A stretch of 64,000 nucleotides of DNA from an uncultured bacterium (GTDB lineage Bacteria; Krumholzibacteriota; Krumholzibacteriia; Krumholzibacteriales; Krumholzibacteriaceae): NCBI GenBank assembly GCA_963786935.1, contig CAWBAN010000005.1:224001-288000 (forward strand), read 5' to 3'. A program made the position numbers and the translations under genes. Position 1 is the first letter of the stretch. Each line of letters opens with the position of its first letter. Below the pieces are notes generated by a model. It was given only the letters and a program-made list of their open reading frames with translations. It did not search any database and was not told where the DNA came from. This document shows, piece after piece, positions 39,060 through 49,165 of this stretch.

Positions 39060-40267
39060 CCTTTTCTCCCGGCGAGCCATTTGCCGGCGAATTGTATCAA
39101 AAGCCGCGGATTCGCCGCAACGAGGGCGCGCACCATGAGGAGCGGCTTGATGCCCTTCTCGTCGAAGATGCCCGGCACGCGCGAGAGCTCCCGGGCCATG
39201 CGCGACATCTCGTCGTCGGGGAGCGCGTAGAATATGCGCGCCGCGTGGTGGAAGGCGTCGTTCGTCTTCCCGACGGCGCGTTCCCACTCGCGCGTGTACG
39301 CGCCGAGGTCCTTCGCCGAGGAGCTTCCCCGCGCGAGCGCGGGGAGGATGGCCGCGGCCGCCATGTCGGCCGCTTCGAGCGCGTTGACGATGCCTCCCCC
39401 CGAAAAGGGATTGTTCTGGTTCGCCGCCTCGCCGACCGCGACGAATCCGTCCGCGGCGAGCGAGCGCATGCCGCGCGCCACGGCGCATCCGCCGATGACG
39501 AGGCGCGCGCGCCTGCCGCCCGGCGCGCGGCGGGCGAGAAAGACCTCGAGGTATTCGAGGGCCGTTTTTCCGGCCGCGCGCAGCGGATTGATCCCGACGC
39601 CGACGTTCGCCCGCCCCGGCCCCTTCGGAAACACCCACGCGTAGCCTCCCGGCGCGAAGGCCGCGCCGAGATGGAACTCGATGCGGCGCCCCGGGACCTC
39701 GATCCCTTCCACGAGCGCCTCGGCGCAGGCGAAGATCTCGTCGGGACGGAAGCTCTTCTTCAGGCCGGCCCACCGCGGGGAGAGCGATTCGACCCCGTCC
39801 GCCCCGACGGTGACCTCCGCCGCCGCCTCGTACTCGGCGCCGCTCGCGAGATCCTTCACCCGCGCGCCGCGGACGTGGTTCCCCTCGCGGATGAGCCCCG
39901 TCGCCTGATGGCCGGTGCGCAGCTCCGCGCCGGCGGCGACGGCCGCCTCGGCGAGGCGCCGGTCGAAGAGCTCGCGGTCGACGACGAATCCGATCCCCGG
40001 CATATCGCGCTCGAATCTCGTTCCGTCGGGCGCGACGATGAGGAAGCCGTCGATGGGGGAGGAGACGATGTCGTCGTCGAGCGCGAGGTACCGTTCGACG
40101 TCCTCGCGCGGCCCCACGGCCTCCGCGCAGCGGACGGGAAAGCCGACGCGCGGGCGCTTCTCGAGGAGCAGCGCGCGCCGGCCGCCCCGGGCGATCTGCG
40201 CGGCGGCCCTCGAGCCGGCCGGCCCCGCGCCGATCACGACGACGTCGAAACGGGAGTTCACGGTCAT
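39056..40267 (-). CDS. Geranylgeranyl-reductase-family FAD oxidoreductase
   Basis: GAGPAG, RCAE, R..FD, GADG, PGGYAWVFP and GEAA...P.SGGGI motifs. Confidence 0.9.
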   Translation of the reverse strand: MTVNSRFDVVVIGAGPAGSRAAAQIARGGRRALLLEKRPRVGFPVRCAEAVGPREDVERYLALDDDIVSSPIDGFLIVAPDGTRFERDMPGIGFVVDRELFDRRLAEAAVAAGAELRTGHQATGLIREGNHVRGARVKDLASGAEYEAAAEVTVGADGVESLSPRWAGLKKSFRPDEIFACAEALVEGIEVPGRRIEFHLGAAFAPGGYAWVFPKGPGRANVGVGINPLRAAGKTALEYLEVFLARRAPGGRRARLVIGGCAVARGMRSLAADGFVAVGEAANQNNPFSGGGIVNALEAADMAAAAILPALARGSSSAKDLGAYTREWERAVGKTNDAFHHAARIFYALPDDEMSRMARELSRVPGIFDEKGIKPLLMVRALVAANPRLLIQFAGKWLAGRKG

Positions 40268-41025
40268 AGATAATAGGAAAAGTTGAGCGACAGGATGAAG
40301 CCCGTATAGCTGAGATCGAAGTTGCCGCCGTGAATTTCGAACTTGCTCTGGCCCATCTGGTATTTCCCCTCGAGCCCCGCCGCGAACCTGTTCGTGATGA
40401 AGTAGCTCAGTCCCATCTCCAAATGCAGGCCCGCCTGAAGGCTGCTCTGATCGACGTTCTCGCCCGGGTTGTCGAACGGTTCGCCGTCGCTCGTCCAGCT
40501 CTTCGTTTCGAGGCTCACCATGGGGACCAGCGCCGAGAATCCGGCCCCGACGAAGGGGGAGAGGCTCTGCGGCGCGGGAGGAACGAAGTAGTACGAGAAT
40601 CCCACCTCGAAGGAGAGGAGGTACACATCGAGCGTCCGCTGGATATCGAGAGGAATCTTGTTATCCACGGAATCGCCGGTGTCCGCGATGTAGTTTCCGT
40701 CGCTCGAGGTGCTGATGTAGGTGAGCGCCGCGCTTCCCTTGAAAAAGTGATTGGGCGTGAGCGGCCGCTCATAGGTGAGCCGCATGTGCGGCGCGGGAGA
40801 GAGATCCTCGAAGGTGTCCATCCCGTTCCGCTCCATCGCCCACTGGTTCAAATGATCGGTCAGATAGGTGAAATCCGCTCCGTCGAGGAATCCGATGGAG
40901 AGGGTGAGGCCGTTCGGCGGTATGGGGCCGAAGAGTTTCTTTTCCTTGAATATCGGGGGCGCGCCGTGCGCGGTGGAACAGGCGAGCACAGATACGACGA
41001 CGACGAGGATCGCGAATTTTTTCAT
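40264..41025 (-). CDS. Outer-membrane beta-barrel protein
   Basis: Signal peptide, SPFVGAG, alternating strands, ends FSYYL. Confidence 0.75.
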   Translation of the reverse strand: MKKFAILVVVVSVLACSTAHGAPPIFKEKKLFGPIPPNGLTLSIGFLDGADFTYLTDHLNQWAMERNGMDTFEDLSPAPHMRLTYERPLTPNHFFKGSAALTYISTSSDGNYIADTGDSVDNKIPLDIQRTLDVYLLSFEVGFSYYFVPPAPQSLSPFVGAGFSALVPMVSLETKSWTSDGEPFDNPGENVDQSSLQAGLHLEMGLSYFITNRFAAGLEGKYQMGQSKFEIHGGNFDLSYTGFILSLNFSYYL

Positions 41026-41084
41026 GAACGCTCCATTCTCTCTATTAACCCGGCCCCTTCGGGTTCCCTCAGCCACACAATAAT

Positions 41085-41167
41085 AAGGTAATCGTTGCGC
41101 ATTCCGTTGTCAAATGCAACCTTAGGCTCGCTGATGCCTTGACAAAGGCGTCCGCGGGGCGTATGGT
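41085..41167. promoter_or_regulatory. Back-to-back sigma-70 promoters
   Basis: Minus strand TTGACA(41113-41108)-17-TACCTT; plus strand TTGACA(41139)-17-TATGGT. Confidence 0.7.
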
Positions 41168-41191
41168 GAAATCCTCGCGGGGGCGGGAATT

Positions 41192-41713
41192 ATGAAAACG
41201 GTTCTTTTCGTCTGCACGGGAAACAGCTGCCGCAGCCCGATGGCGCGCGGGCTCGCCGCTTCGCGTCTTCCGGAGCGCTGGCGGGGGAAGATGGGCTTCG
41301 CCTCGGCGGGCACCGCGGCGTACGACGGGATGCGGGCGGCGGAAAACGCCGTTCTGGTCCTCAAGGAGATCGGGATCGACATTTCCGGGCACCGCGCGCG
41401 GCTTCTCACGAGCGAAATGGTGTCGAATTCGGCCCTCGTCGTCGCGATGGCGCGCCGCCACCGGGAGGATATTCTCCGCATCGCGCCGGGCTCGGAGGAC
41501 AAGGTGATCGTTCTCGGCGAGCTCGATCCGGACCGGGAGAGCCCCGACGTCGAGGATCCGATCGGCGGGGACGAGGCGGTCTACCGGCGCACGAGGGAGG
41601 AGATCGCGGGGCTCGTTTCCCTTCTCTTCGACCATCTCGATTTCAGACATTCTGGAATTATCAACCCAAAACGTAAAAAAGGGGATTGCGGGCCGGGCGG
41701 GGGCGGGTTATAA
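41192..41713 (+). CDS. Low-molecular-weight protein Tyr/Arg phosphatase
   Basis: VCTGNSCRS P-loop and DP motif. Confidence 0.92.
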   Translation: MKTVLFVCTGNSCRSPMARGLAASRLPERWRGKMGFASAGTAAYDGMRAAENAVLVLKEIGIDISGHRARLLTSEMVSNSALVVAMARRHREDILRIAPGSEDKVIVLGELDPDRESPDVEDPIGGDEAVYRRTREEIAGLVSLLFDHLDFRHSGIINPKRKKGDCGPGGGGL

Positions 41714-41714
41714 T
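41686..41714 (+). promoter_or_regulatory. Sigma-70 promoter for the ilvE operon
   Basis: TTGCGG-17 bp-TATAAT. Confidence 0.65.
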
Positions 41715-41818
41715 TTTTTCGATTCTCGACCTGACGAAACTTCAATCGTGAACGGCACTCGCGAGCGGTCCGAGCGGATTCCGGCGGTTCGACGCCCGGG
41801 AAAGAAGGAGAGGTAGCG

Positions 41819-42748
41819 ATGGCTCTGAAGCCGACGAAGAAGATCTGGATGGACGGCACATTCGTCAACTGGGACGACGCCACGATTCACGTCTGCGCGC
41901 ATGTCGTTCATTACGGCACCGCGGTTTTCGAGGGCATCCGGTGCTACAACACGAAGAAGGGCCCGATGATCTTCCGTCTCCAGCCGCACATCAAGCGCCT
42001 CTACAACTCCGCGAAGATGTACCGCATGGAGCCGACGGCGATCTCCATGGAGAAATTCATGGAGGCGTGCGTCGAGACCGTCCGCGCGAACGAGCTGAAG
42101 GAATGCTACATCCGGCCCGTCGTCTACCGCGGCTACAACGAGCTCGGCGTGTATCCGATGAACTGCCCCATCAACGCGTTCATCGTCGTGTGGGAATGGG
42201 GAAAATATCTCGGCCCCGAGGCGCTCGAGCAGGGAGTCGACGTGTGCGTGTCGAGCTGGAACCGCATCGCGCCGAACACGCTCCCGGCCCTCGCCAAGAC
42301 GGCCGCCAACTACATGAACTCGCAGCTCATCAAGATGGAAGCGCGTCTCGGCGGGTACGAGGAGGGCATCGCGCTCGACACGAACGGGTACGTGAGCGAG
42401 GGTAGCGGCGAAAACATCTTCCTCGTCTCGAACGGCAAGCTGCTCACGACGCCGCTCGGCGCGAGCGTGCTCCCCGGCATCACGCGCGACTCCGTCATCA
42501 CGATCGCGAAGGAGCTCGGTATCGAGGTCCTCGAGCAGCTCATCCCGCGCGAGATGCTCTACATCGGCGACGAGCTCTTCTTCACCGGCACCGCCGCCGA
42601 GATCACCCCGATCCGCAGCGTCGACAAGATCAGCGTCGGCACGGGCAAGGCGGGTCCGATCACGAAGAAGCTGCAAGAAGTATTCTTCAAGTATCTGAAC
42701 ATGGAGACCGCCGACACGCACGGCTGGATGACGCCGGTCGGAAAGTAA
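41819..42748 (+). CDS. ilvE: Branched-chain amino acid aminotransferase
   Basis: [28 protein letters not shown] and GTAAE motifs. Confidence 0.96.
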   Translation: MALKPTKKIWMDGTFVNWDDATIHVCAHVVHYGTAVFEGIRCYNTKKGPMIFRLQPHIKRLYNSAKMYRMEPTAISMEKFMEACVETVRANELKECYIRPVVYRGYNELGVYPMNCPINAFIVVWEWGKYLGPEALEQGVDVCVSSWNRIAPNTLPALAKTAANYMNSQLIKMEARLGGYEEGIALDTNGYVSEGSGENIFLVSNGKLLTTPLGASVLPGITRDSVITIAKELGIEVLEQLIPREMLYIGDELFFTGTAAEITPIRSVDKISVGTGKAGPITKKLQEVFFKYLNMETADTHGWMTPVGK

Positions 42749-42770
42749 GCGGTCCCCGGGAGGAGAGGCC

Positions 42771-43214
42771 GTGAAAATCGCGATCGGCTCCGATCACCGG
42801 GGCTTCGCGCTCAAGGAGCGCCTCCGCGCCTCGCTCGCGAAGGCGGGGCACGAGGTGATCGATCTCGGGTGCTTCGGCGCCGAGTCCGTCGATTATCCCG
42901 ATTTCGGCTTCGCCGTGGGGGAGGCGGTCGCCTCGGGCGGCGCGGAGCGGGGGATCGTCATTTGCGGGAGCGGCATCGGGATATCGATCGCGGCGAACAA
43001 GGTGCGCGGCGTCCGCGCGGCGCTCTGCTGCTCGGTGGAGGACGCCCGCATGACCCGCCGGCATAACGATTCGAACGTGCTCGCGCTCTCCGAGCGCCGG
43101 TTCGACGATCCGGCCACCGACGAGCTCGTCGCGGCGTGGCTCTCCACCCCGTTCGAGGGGGGACGGCACGCGCGCCGGGTCGAGAAGATACGCGAATACG
43201 AGGAGCGATGCTGA
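42771..43214 (+). CDS. rpiB: Ribose-5-phosphate isomerase B
   Basis: GSDHRG, DYP, CGSGIG, ANK and GGRH..R motifs. Confidence 0.96.
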   Translation: MKIAIGSDHRGFALKERLRASLAKAGHEVIDLGCFGAESVDYPDFGFAVGEAVASGGAERGIVICGSGIGISIAANKVRGVRAALCCSVEDARMTRRHNDSNVLALSERRFDDPATDELVAAWLSTPFEGGRHARRVEKIREYEERC

Positions 43215-44467
43215 TGTTCAACGAGAATCTGTTCCCCTACCTCGAGAAGACCGATCCGGAGATCATGGACGCCATGCGCGGGGAGCTCGCGCGCCAGCAG
43301 GGGCAGCTCGAGCTCATCGCGAGCGAGAACTTCGCGAGCCGCGCCGTGCTCGCCGCCCTCTCGAACCCGATGCAGAACAAGTACGCCGAAGGGTATCCGG
43401 GCAAGCGCTACTACGGCGGCTGCGAGTTCGTCGACCGCGCCGAGGAGCTCGCCCGCGGGCGCGCCAAGGCGCTCTTCGGGGCCCAGCACGCGAACGTCCA
43501 GCCGCACTGCGGCACCGGAGCGAACATCACGGCGTACCTCGTGTTCCTCAAGCCCGGCGACAAGATCATGGGGCTCAGCCTCTCGCACGGCGGGCATCTC
43601 TCGCACGGGCACCCGGTCAATTTCTCGGGGTCGTTCTTCAACGTCGTGCACTACGAAGTCGATCGCGGGACGAAGACGCTCGACTACGACGCGATCGAGA
43701 AGCAGGCGCTCGCCGAGCGCCCGAAGCTCTTCGTCGCCGGCGCGAGCGCCTACTGCCGCACGTGGGATTTCGAGCGGCTCCGCGGAATCTGCGACAAAAT
43801 CGGCGCGCTCCTCATGGTCGACATGGCGCACTTCGCCGGGCTCGTCGCGGCGAAGATCCATCCCGATCCGGTGCCGTACGCGGACATCGTCACCTCGACG
43901 ACGCACAAGACGCTCCGCGGGCCGCGCGGCGGGCTCATCCTCTGCCCGGAGAAATACCAGAAGGACGTGGACAGGATCAATTTCCCCGGCACGCAGGGGG
44001 GGCCGTTCATGCACGTCATCGCCGCCAAGGCGGTGTGCTTCAAGGAAGCGATGTCGGAGGAGTTCCGCGCGTACCAGCGGCAGGTCGTGGCGAACGCGAA
44101 GAAGCTCTCCGGCGCGCTCATGGCGCGCGGCTTCGACGTCGTGACGGGGGGCACCGACACGCACCTGTTCCTCGTGGACCTCTCGAAGCGCGGCCTCACG
44201 GGGAAGGACGCCGAGAAGGCGCTCGAGCGCGCCGGCATGACGGTCAACAAGAATACGGTTCCCTTCGACGAGAAGAGCCCCTTCGTCACGTCCGGTTTCC
44301 GCGTCGGCACGCCGGCGTTGACCACGCGCGGCATGAAAGAGGCCGAGATGGAGGAGCTCGGAGGCATCATGGCCTCGGTGCTCGAGGACATCACGGACGA
44401 GAAGCGGATCGCGCGCTCGCGCGAGGCGGCCGCGGCGCTCGCGAAACGGTTCCCCCTCTATGCATGA
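43208..44467 (+). CDS. glyA: Serine hydroxymethyltransferase
   Basis: LIASEN, YAEGYPG.RYYGG, GGHLSHG and [12 protein letters not shown] motifs. Confidence 0.97.
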   Translation: MLMFNENLFPYLEKTDPEIMDAMRGELARQQGQLELIASENFASRAVLAALSNPMQNKYAEGYPGKRYYGGCEFVDRAEELARGRAKALFGAQHANVQPHCGTGANITAYLVFLKPGDKIMGLSLSHGGHLSHGHPVNFSGSFFNVVHYEVDRGTKTLDYDAIEKQALAERPKLFVAGASAYCRTWDFERLRGICDKIGALLMVDMAHFAGLVAAKIHPDPVPYADIVTSTTHKTLRGPRGGLILCPEKYQKDVDRINFPGTQGGPFMHVIAAKAVCFKEAMSEEFRAYQRQVVANAKKLSGALMARGFDVVTGGTDTHLFLVDLSKRGLTGKDAEKALERAGMTVNKNTVPFDEKSPFVTSGFRVGTPALTTRGMKEAEMEELGGIMASVLEDITDEKRIARSREAAAALAKRFPLYA

Positions 44468-44500
44468 GGCGGCCGCGGGCGGCGCGGCACGGGAGCGGCC

Positions 44501-44962
44501 ATGACGGCGAGACCGAGCTGGGACGAATATTTCATGAAGATCGCCGCGCTCGTTTCGGAGCGCTCGACGTGCTTGCGGCGGCGCGTCGGGGCGATCATCG
44601 TCACGAACAAGCGGATCATATCGACCGGTTACAACGGCGCGCCGCGCGGGCTCCGGCACTGCCTCGAGGTGGGCTGCCTGCGCGAGCAGCTCAACATCCC
44701 CTCGGGAGAGCGCCAGGAGCTCTGCCGGGGCGCGCACGCCGAGCAGAACGCCATCATCCAGGCGGCCTCGAGCGGCGTGAGCATGGAGGGCGCGACGATG
44801 TACTGCACCACCGCCCCGTGCGCCACGTGCGCCAAGATGATCCTCAACGCCGGCATCAAGCGCCTCGTCCTCGGCGGGCGCTACCCCGACGCCCTCGGCG
44901 AAGCCCTCATCAAGGAAGCGGGGCTCGAGACCGAGTATCAGCTGATCGAGCCGGCGACCTGA
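44501..44962 (+). CDS. dCMP deaminase family protein
   Basis: [18 protein letters not shown] and PCATC motifs. Confidence 0.93.
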   Translation: MTARPSWDEYFMKIAALVSERSTCLRRRVGAIIVTNKRIISTGYNGAPRGLRHCLEVGCLREQLNIPSGERQELCRGAHAEQNAIIQAASSGVSMEGATMYCTTAPCATCAKMILNAGIKRLVLGGRYPDALGEALIKEAGLETEYQLIEPAT

Positions 44963-44986
44963 GCGCTTCCGGCAGGGAGGTAGTCG

Positions 44987-45445
44987 ATGCGATGCCCTTC
45001 GTGCGGTCATGAGGAGGACCGGGTCGTCGACAGCCGCGCCACGAAGGAGAACTCCGCGGTGCGCAGGCGCCGCGAGTGTCTCAAGTGCGGCGCGCGTTTC
45101 ACGACGTACGAATACATCGAGCATACGCCCCTCATGGTCGTCAAGAAGGACGGCCGCCGCGAGCATTACAGCAGGGAAAAGATCATGAACGGGCTCCTGC
45201 GGGCGTGCGAGAAGCGCCCCGTGTCCCGCGAGGCGCTCGAGAAGCTCGTCGACGACATCGAGGAGTCGATCGGCCGCCGCGTGCGGGACGAGATCCCGAC
45301 GAGCGAGATCGGCAACGAGATCATCAAGCGTCTCGGCGGCCTCGATCAGGTCGCCTACGTGCGCTTCGCGTCCGTCTATCGCGAGTTCAAGGACGCGGCG
45401 CAGTTCTTCGACGAGCTGCGGAGCCTGCTCGAGCGCAAGGGATGA
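44987..45445 (+). CDS. nrdR: Transcriptional repressor NrdR
   Basis: CPSC...RRRREC..C..RFTTYE, ATP cone, VAYVRFASVY. Confidence 0.97.
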   Translation: MRCPSCGHEEDRVVDSRATKENSAVRRRRECLKCGARFTTYEYIEHTPLMVVKKDGRREHYSREKIMNGLLRACEKRPVSREALEKLVDDIEESIGRRVRDEIPTSEIGNEIIKRLGGLDQVAYVRFASVYREFKDAAQFFDELRSLLERKG

Positions 45446-45536
45446 ACCCTTGCGGAGGGAGCGGATGATGGTGTATCATGCCAATAATCGAACGGCATCG
45501 AGTGCGAGAGGGTTCGGTCGCAAAGGAGGTCGGTTC

Positions 45537-46400
45537 ATGGTGACTTCAGCGCGATCCGGCGCGGGATTCCTGCTCGCCGCGTGCGCGGCTCTCGTGCTCG
45601 GCGTCCTCGTCGGGTACGGTTCCGGCGCCGCGGCCCAGGAGAAAGGGCCGGTCAAGCTCGTGTTCAACCTGCCCGAGGGCACGGTGCTGCAGTATGAATC
45701 CTTCAACTCGCTCAACCAGAACTTCAGCGGCACGGACGCCACGATGAATCAGACCTCCAAGGTCGAGATGGCGTACGGGGCTCCCCCCGACACCACGGGC
45801 GCCTCCCGGGTCGACCTCAAATACATCGAGGTGAAGTCGAGCCTCGTCATGGGGGGCAAGCTCATGGATTGGGAGCCGCCGATCAAGCTCCAGGGGGCGA
45901 CGATCAAGATCTGGATCCTGCCCACCGCCAATATCGTGCGGTTCGACCCGGGGCGCGGTATCCCGGGTATGTCGAGCCCCGACGATATCCGCGAGATCAT
46001 CGACGCGTGGTTCGTGAAATTCCCCGAAGGGGAGCTGACCGCCGGGCAGACGTGGACCGAGGAGGTCGTGAGGGGGAAGCGCGACGAAGGGCCCCCGGAG
46101 GCGAAGGGCCAGATAGTCTATACGCTCAAGAAGATCGAGAAGAAGGGGGATCTCGAGGTCGCCGTGATCGAGGGCAAGATGAAGCTCGATCTCAACAAGG
46201 ATACCGCCGCCGGCATGCTCGTCGGCGAGGGGAAGGCGAGCCTCAAGGCGCAGGTGGCTCTCGCGGGCGGCTACATCGTCGAGCTCAAGGAAACGATCGA
46301 TATCAGCGGCGAGATCGTCTCGAAGGATCCGATAACCGATAAGGTGACGAGACGCGGAACGGCGGCCACCCAGACCTACGAGCGCAAGCTGAAGCGGTAA
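45537..46400 (+). CDS. Exported hypothetical protein
   Basis: AAGGAGG RBS, signal peptide, beta-rich sequence with FP......GQTW; host-like codon usage. Confidence 0.75.
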   Translation: MVTSARSGAGFLLAACAALVLGVLVGYGSGAAAQEKGPVKLVFNLPEGTVLQYESFNSLNQNFSGTDATMNQTSKVEMAYGAPPDTTGASRVDLKYIEVKSSLVMGGKLMDWEPPIKLQGATIKIWILPTANIVRFDPGRGIPGMSSPDDIREIIDAWFVKFPEGELTAGQTWTEEVVRGKRDEGPPEAKGQIVYTLKKIEKKGDLEVAVIEGKMKLDLNKDTAAGMLVGEGKASLKAQVALAGGYIVELKETIDISGEIVSKDPITDKVTRRGTAATQTYERKLKR

Positions 46401-46412
46401 CGCGGGACGGCC

Positions 46413-47162
46413 GTGGCGGAAGACCACAAGGAGAATCTGAAGGAGATGGGGTTCCTCGAGCACCTCGAGGAACTCCGCTCCATGCTGATCGCGGCGCTCG
46501 TCGCCTGGATCGGCGTCTCGGCCGTTCTCTGGTTCTTCTCGAAACAGATTCTCGATTTCCTCATCGATCATCTCCCCGTCAAGGATCTCTACTTCTTCGC
46601 CCCGGGCGAGGCGTTCATGGTCAGGATGAAGCTCACCTTCATCCTCGGCGCTCTCGTCGCGTTTCCCTATATTCTCTACCGCGTGTGGCGGTTCGTCGCG
46701 CCGGCCCTCTTCAGGAACGAGCGGAGCCTCGTCGTGCCCGTCATCGCGAGCTCGATCGCGCTGTTCTATTGCGGGCTTCTCTTCGCCTACTGGGTGATGA
46801 TGCCGTTCGTGCTGAAGTTCTTCGTCGAATTCGGCACGGAGCGCCTCACGCCGATGCTCTCGGTGGAGAAGTACTTCGGCTTCGTCGCGAAGCTCAGCTT
46901 CGCCTTCGGGGTCGTGTTCCAGCTCCCGCTCGTCGTCCTCCTGCTCACATCGATGGGGCTCGTCTCGACGCGGACGCTGATCCGGCAGTGGCGGTGGGCG
47001 ATCCTCATCATCTTCATCGTCGCGGCCGTTTTCACCCCGCCCGACCCCATTTCGCAGATCTGCATGGCGGTGCCGCTCTGCGTGCTGTACTTCGGGAGCG
47101 TGGCGGTGTCGTTCCTCGTCGAGCGGCGCCGCAGGAAGCCCGAAGGAAATCCCGACAAATAG
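46413..47162 (+). CDS. tatC: Twin-arginine translocase subunit TatC
   Basis: FLEHLEELR, FVAPAL, FQLP and TPPDPISQ motifs. Confidence 0.96.
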   Translation: MAEDHKENLKEMGFLEHLEELRSMLIAALVAWIGVSAVLWFFSKQILDFLIDHLPVKDLYFFAPGEAFMVRMKLTFILGALVAFPYILYRVWRFVAPALFRNERSLVVPVIASSIALFYCGLLFAYWVMMPFVLKFFVEFGTERLTPMLSVEKYFGFVAKLSFAFGVVFQLPLVVLLLTSMGLVSTRTLIRQWRWAILIIFIVAAVFTPPDPISQICMAVPLCVLYFGSVAVSFLVERRRRKPEGNPDK

Positions 47163-47171
47163 GCCGGAGGC

Positions 47172-47942
47172 TCAGTCGAATATCTTCTCGGCCTTCTGGT
47201 ACGCGGCGTGGACCTTCTCCACCGCCGCCTGGATCTCCTCCTTGCTGTCCTTCTTCGCCGTCTCGGCGAATTCGCCGACGGCCGTTTCGAGCTCCTGCAC
47301 GGCTTGCTGGAATTCGGCCTGCCGCCCGGCGAGGCGCTCGGGCAGCGAGGTTTCCTTGAGCGGCGCTATCTTCGCCTGCATCGCCGCCGCCGCCTCGCGG
47401 ATCTTCGCCAGATCGTACGCCGGAGCGTAGTAGTGGTAGAGCTTGTACATCTCCTGATGGAACGACTCGAGCGCGGGCACGACCGGACGGACCGCGCGCA
47501 CCGCCTGCTCGTACGCCGCATGGAAGGCCTCGACCTGGGCGAGCATCTCCGCCTCGTTGTTCGCGTCCGCGGCCGCGTGCAGCTTCACGAGCGTCTCTTT
47601 CAGATTGGCCTTCTTGTCGGCCCATTCCTGCTGCTTGTCGCGCAGGATGCCCGGCAGCTCGGCCGCGTCCAGATTCGCCACCAGCGTATCGGCCTTGGGG
47701 AGAAGCTCTTTGATCAGGGCGTAGTTCTTCTCCGGATAGGCGCTGTGCCAGAGCGGGTAGATGACCTCGTGCAGCGCGCTCAAGGCGGGAACCGACGCCG
47801 CGAGCTCCGCCTCGGTGATTTCCGCCGGCGCGGCGCTCTCGTCGGCCGCGGGCTGCGCCTTCTCGGCCTTCTGGCAGGCAAACAGCGCGCAGACCGCCAG
47901 CACGGTCAATCCGACCACGAGGAAACGCGTGAACTTGTTCAT
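47172..47942 (-). CDS. Helical lipoprotein with duplicated His-containing domain
   Basis: LFAC lipobox, GGAGG RBS, two similar halves starting VPAL..(L/F)H. Confidence 0.8.
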   Translation of the reverse strand: MNKFTRFLVVGLTVLAVCALFACQKAEKAQPAADESAAPAEITEAELAASVPALSALHEVIYPLWHSAYPEKNYALIKELLPKADTLVANLDAAELPGILRDKQQEWADKKANLKETLVKLHAAADANNEAEMLAQVEAFHAAYEQAVRAVRPVVPALESFHQEMYKLYHYYAPAYDLAKIREAAAAMQAKIAPLKETSLPERLAGRQAEFQQAVQELETAVGEFAETAKKDSKEEIQAAVEKVHAAYQKAEKIFD

Positions 47943-47985
47943 GGGGGCCTCCTTTCGAACGGGGAAACCGATGCTCTTTCGTCGG

Positions 47986-48104
47986 AGTATGCACGGCGGC
48001 GGGCCGCCTGTCAATCGTCCAGGCGCGCGATCGCTCCATCAGCGGGCGGCGGGCCGCTCCCGTCCCCGCCGCGCCTTGACACCGGCCGCGCCGCGTGGTA
48101 AATT
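47986..48104. promoter_or_regulatory. Divergent sigma-70 promoters
   Basis: Minus strand TTGACA(48014-48009)-17-CATACT; plus strand TTGACA(48076)-17-TAAATT with extended TG. Confidence 0.7.
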
Positions 48105-48160
48105 AACGCGATTGCGGGCGTTCGTTCCGCGGGCGGGAAACGGCGAAAAAAAGGACGGCC

Positions 48161-49165
48161 ATGAGGCAATCGGATCAGCACAAGCTCGCTCCCATACAGG
48201 ATCTCGTTCGCGGCGAGCTCGAATCGCTCGAGGCGCGGCTTCAGGCGATTCTCGACTCCGACATCCCGCTCATCGAGAATATCTGCAGCTACCTGAACGA
48301 CAAGCCGGGAAAGCGCATCCGCCCGACGATCCTGTTCCTCACGGCGCGGAGCGCGGGGAGCCCCGAAGCGGACACGATCACGGCCGGGCTCGCCGTCGAG
48401 CTCGTGCACACGGCCACGCTCGTGCACGACGACATCATCGACGACCACACGATGCGGCGCGGCAAGCCGACCGTCTACGCCCGGTGGGGCAGCGACGCGG
48501 CCACCCTCATCGGGGACTATCTCTATTCGATGGCCTTCTCGTGCCTCGCCGAATCGCGGATGTTCGACGTCATGGAAATCCTCGCCCGCGTCACCCACGA
48601 GATGAGCATGGGCGAGCTCATGCAGCTGCAGCTCAGGCGCGCGATCGATCTGAGCGAGGACCGCTACATGGAGATGATCTACAAGAAGACGGCCGCCCTC
48701 TTCTCCGCCTCGTGCGAGTGCGGGGCGATCCTCGGAGGCGAGCGGAACGGCGAGCGCGGCACGTACTCGGGCTTCGGCACGAACGTGGGGCTCGCGTTCC
48801 AGATCGTCGACGATCTCTTCGATTACGTCGGGGTGGATCGCGACCTCGGCAAGCCCACCGCATCCGATTTCTCGGACGGGCGGGTGACGCTCCCCTTCAT
48901 CACGGCCTTCCGGAACGCGCCGGAGCCGGTGCGGCGGCGCGTGAGCGACCTCTTCACCGTGAGCTTCGACAAGGGAAAGCACTGGGGCGAGGTCGTCGAC
49001 TTCGTCCAGAGCTACGGCGGGATCGAGTATTCGCTGCGCCAGGCGCGGCATTACGTGGAGCGGGCGAAGGGGCACCTCGACGACGTGAGCTCGTCCCCCG
49101 AACGGGACGCGCTCCTCGTCGCGGGGGATTACGTCGTGGACCGGGTCGGCGATTTCTGCAGATGA
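48161..49165 (+). CDS. trans-Polyprenyl diphosphate synthase (IspB/HepT-like)
   Basis: GKRIRP, HDDIID...RRG, KTA and FQIVDDLFD motifs. Confidence 0.93.
   Translation: MRQSDQHKLAPIQDLVRGELESLEARLQAILDSDIPLIENICSYLNDKPGKRIRPTILFLTARSAGSPEADTITAGLAVELVHTATLVHDDIIDDHTMRRGKPTVYARWGSDAATLIGDYLYSMAFSCLAESRMFDVMEILARVTHEMSMGELMQLQLRRAIDLSEDRYMEMIYKKTAALFSASCECGAILGGERNGERGTYSGFGTNVGLAFQIVDDLFDYVGVDRDLGKPTASDFSDGRVTLPFITAFRNAPEPVRRRVSDLFTVSFDKGKHWGEVVDFVQSYGGIEYSLRQARHYVERAKGHLDDVSSSPERDALLVAGDYVVDRVGDFCR

Noticed and set aside
41755..41800. tRNA-like fragments (GTCCGAGCGG, GGTTCGA) in the ilvE leader
   Set aside because: Too short, with no anticodon arm or acceptor stem and no T-box consensus; only a simple hairpin.
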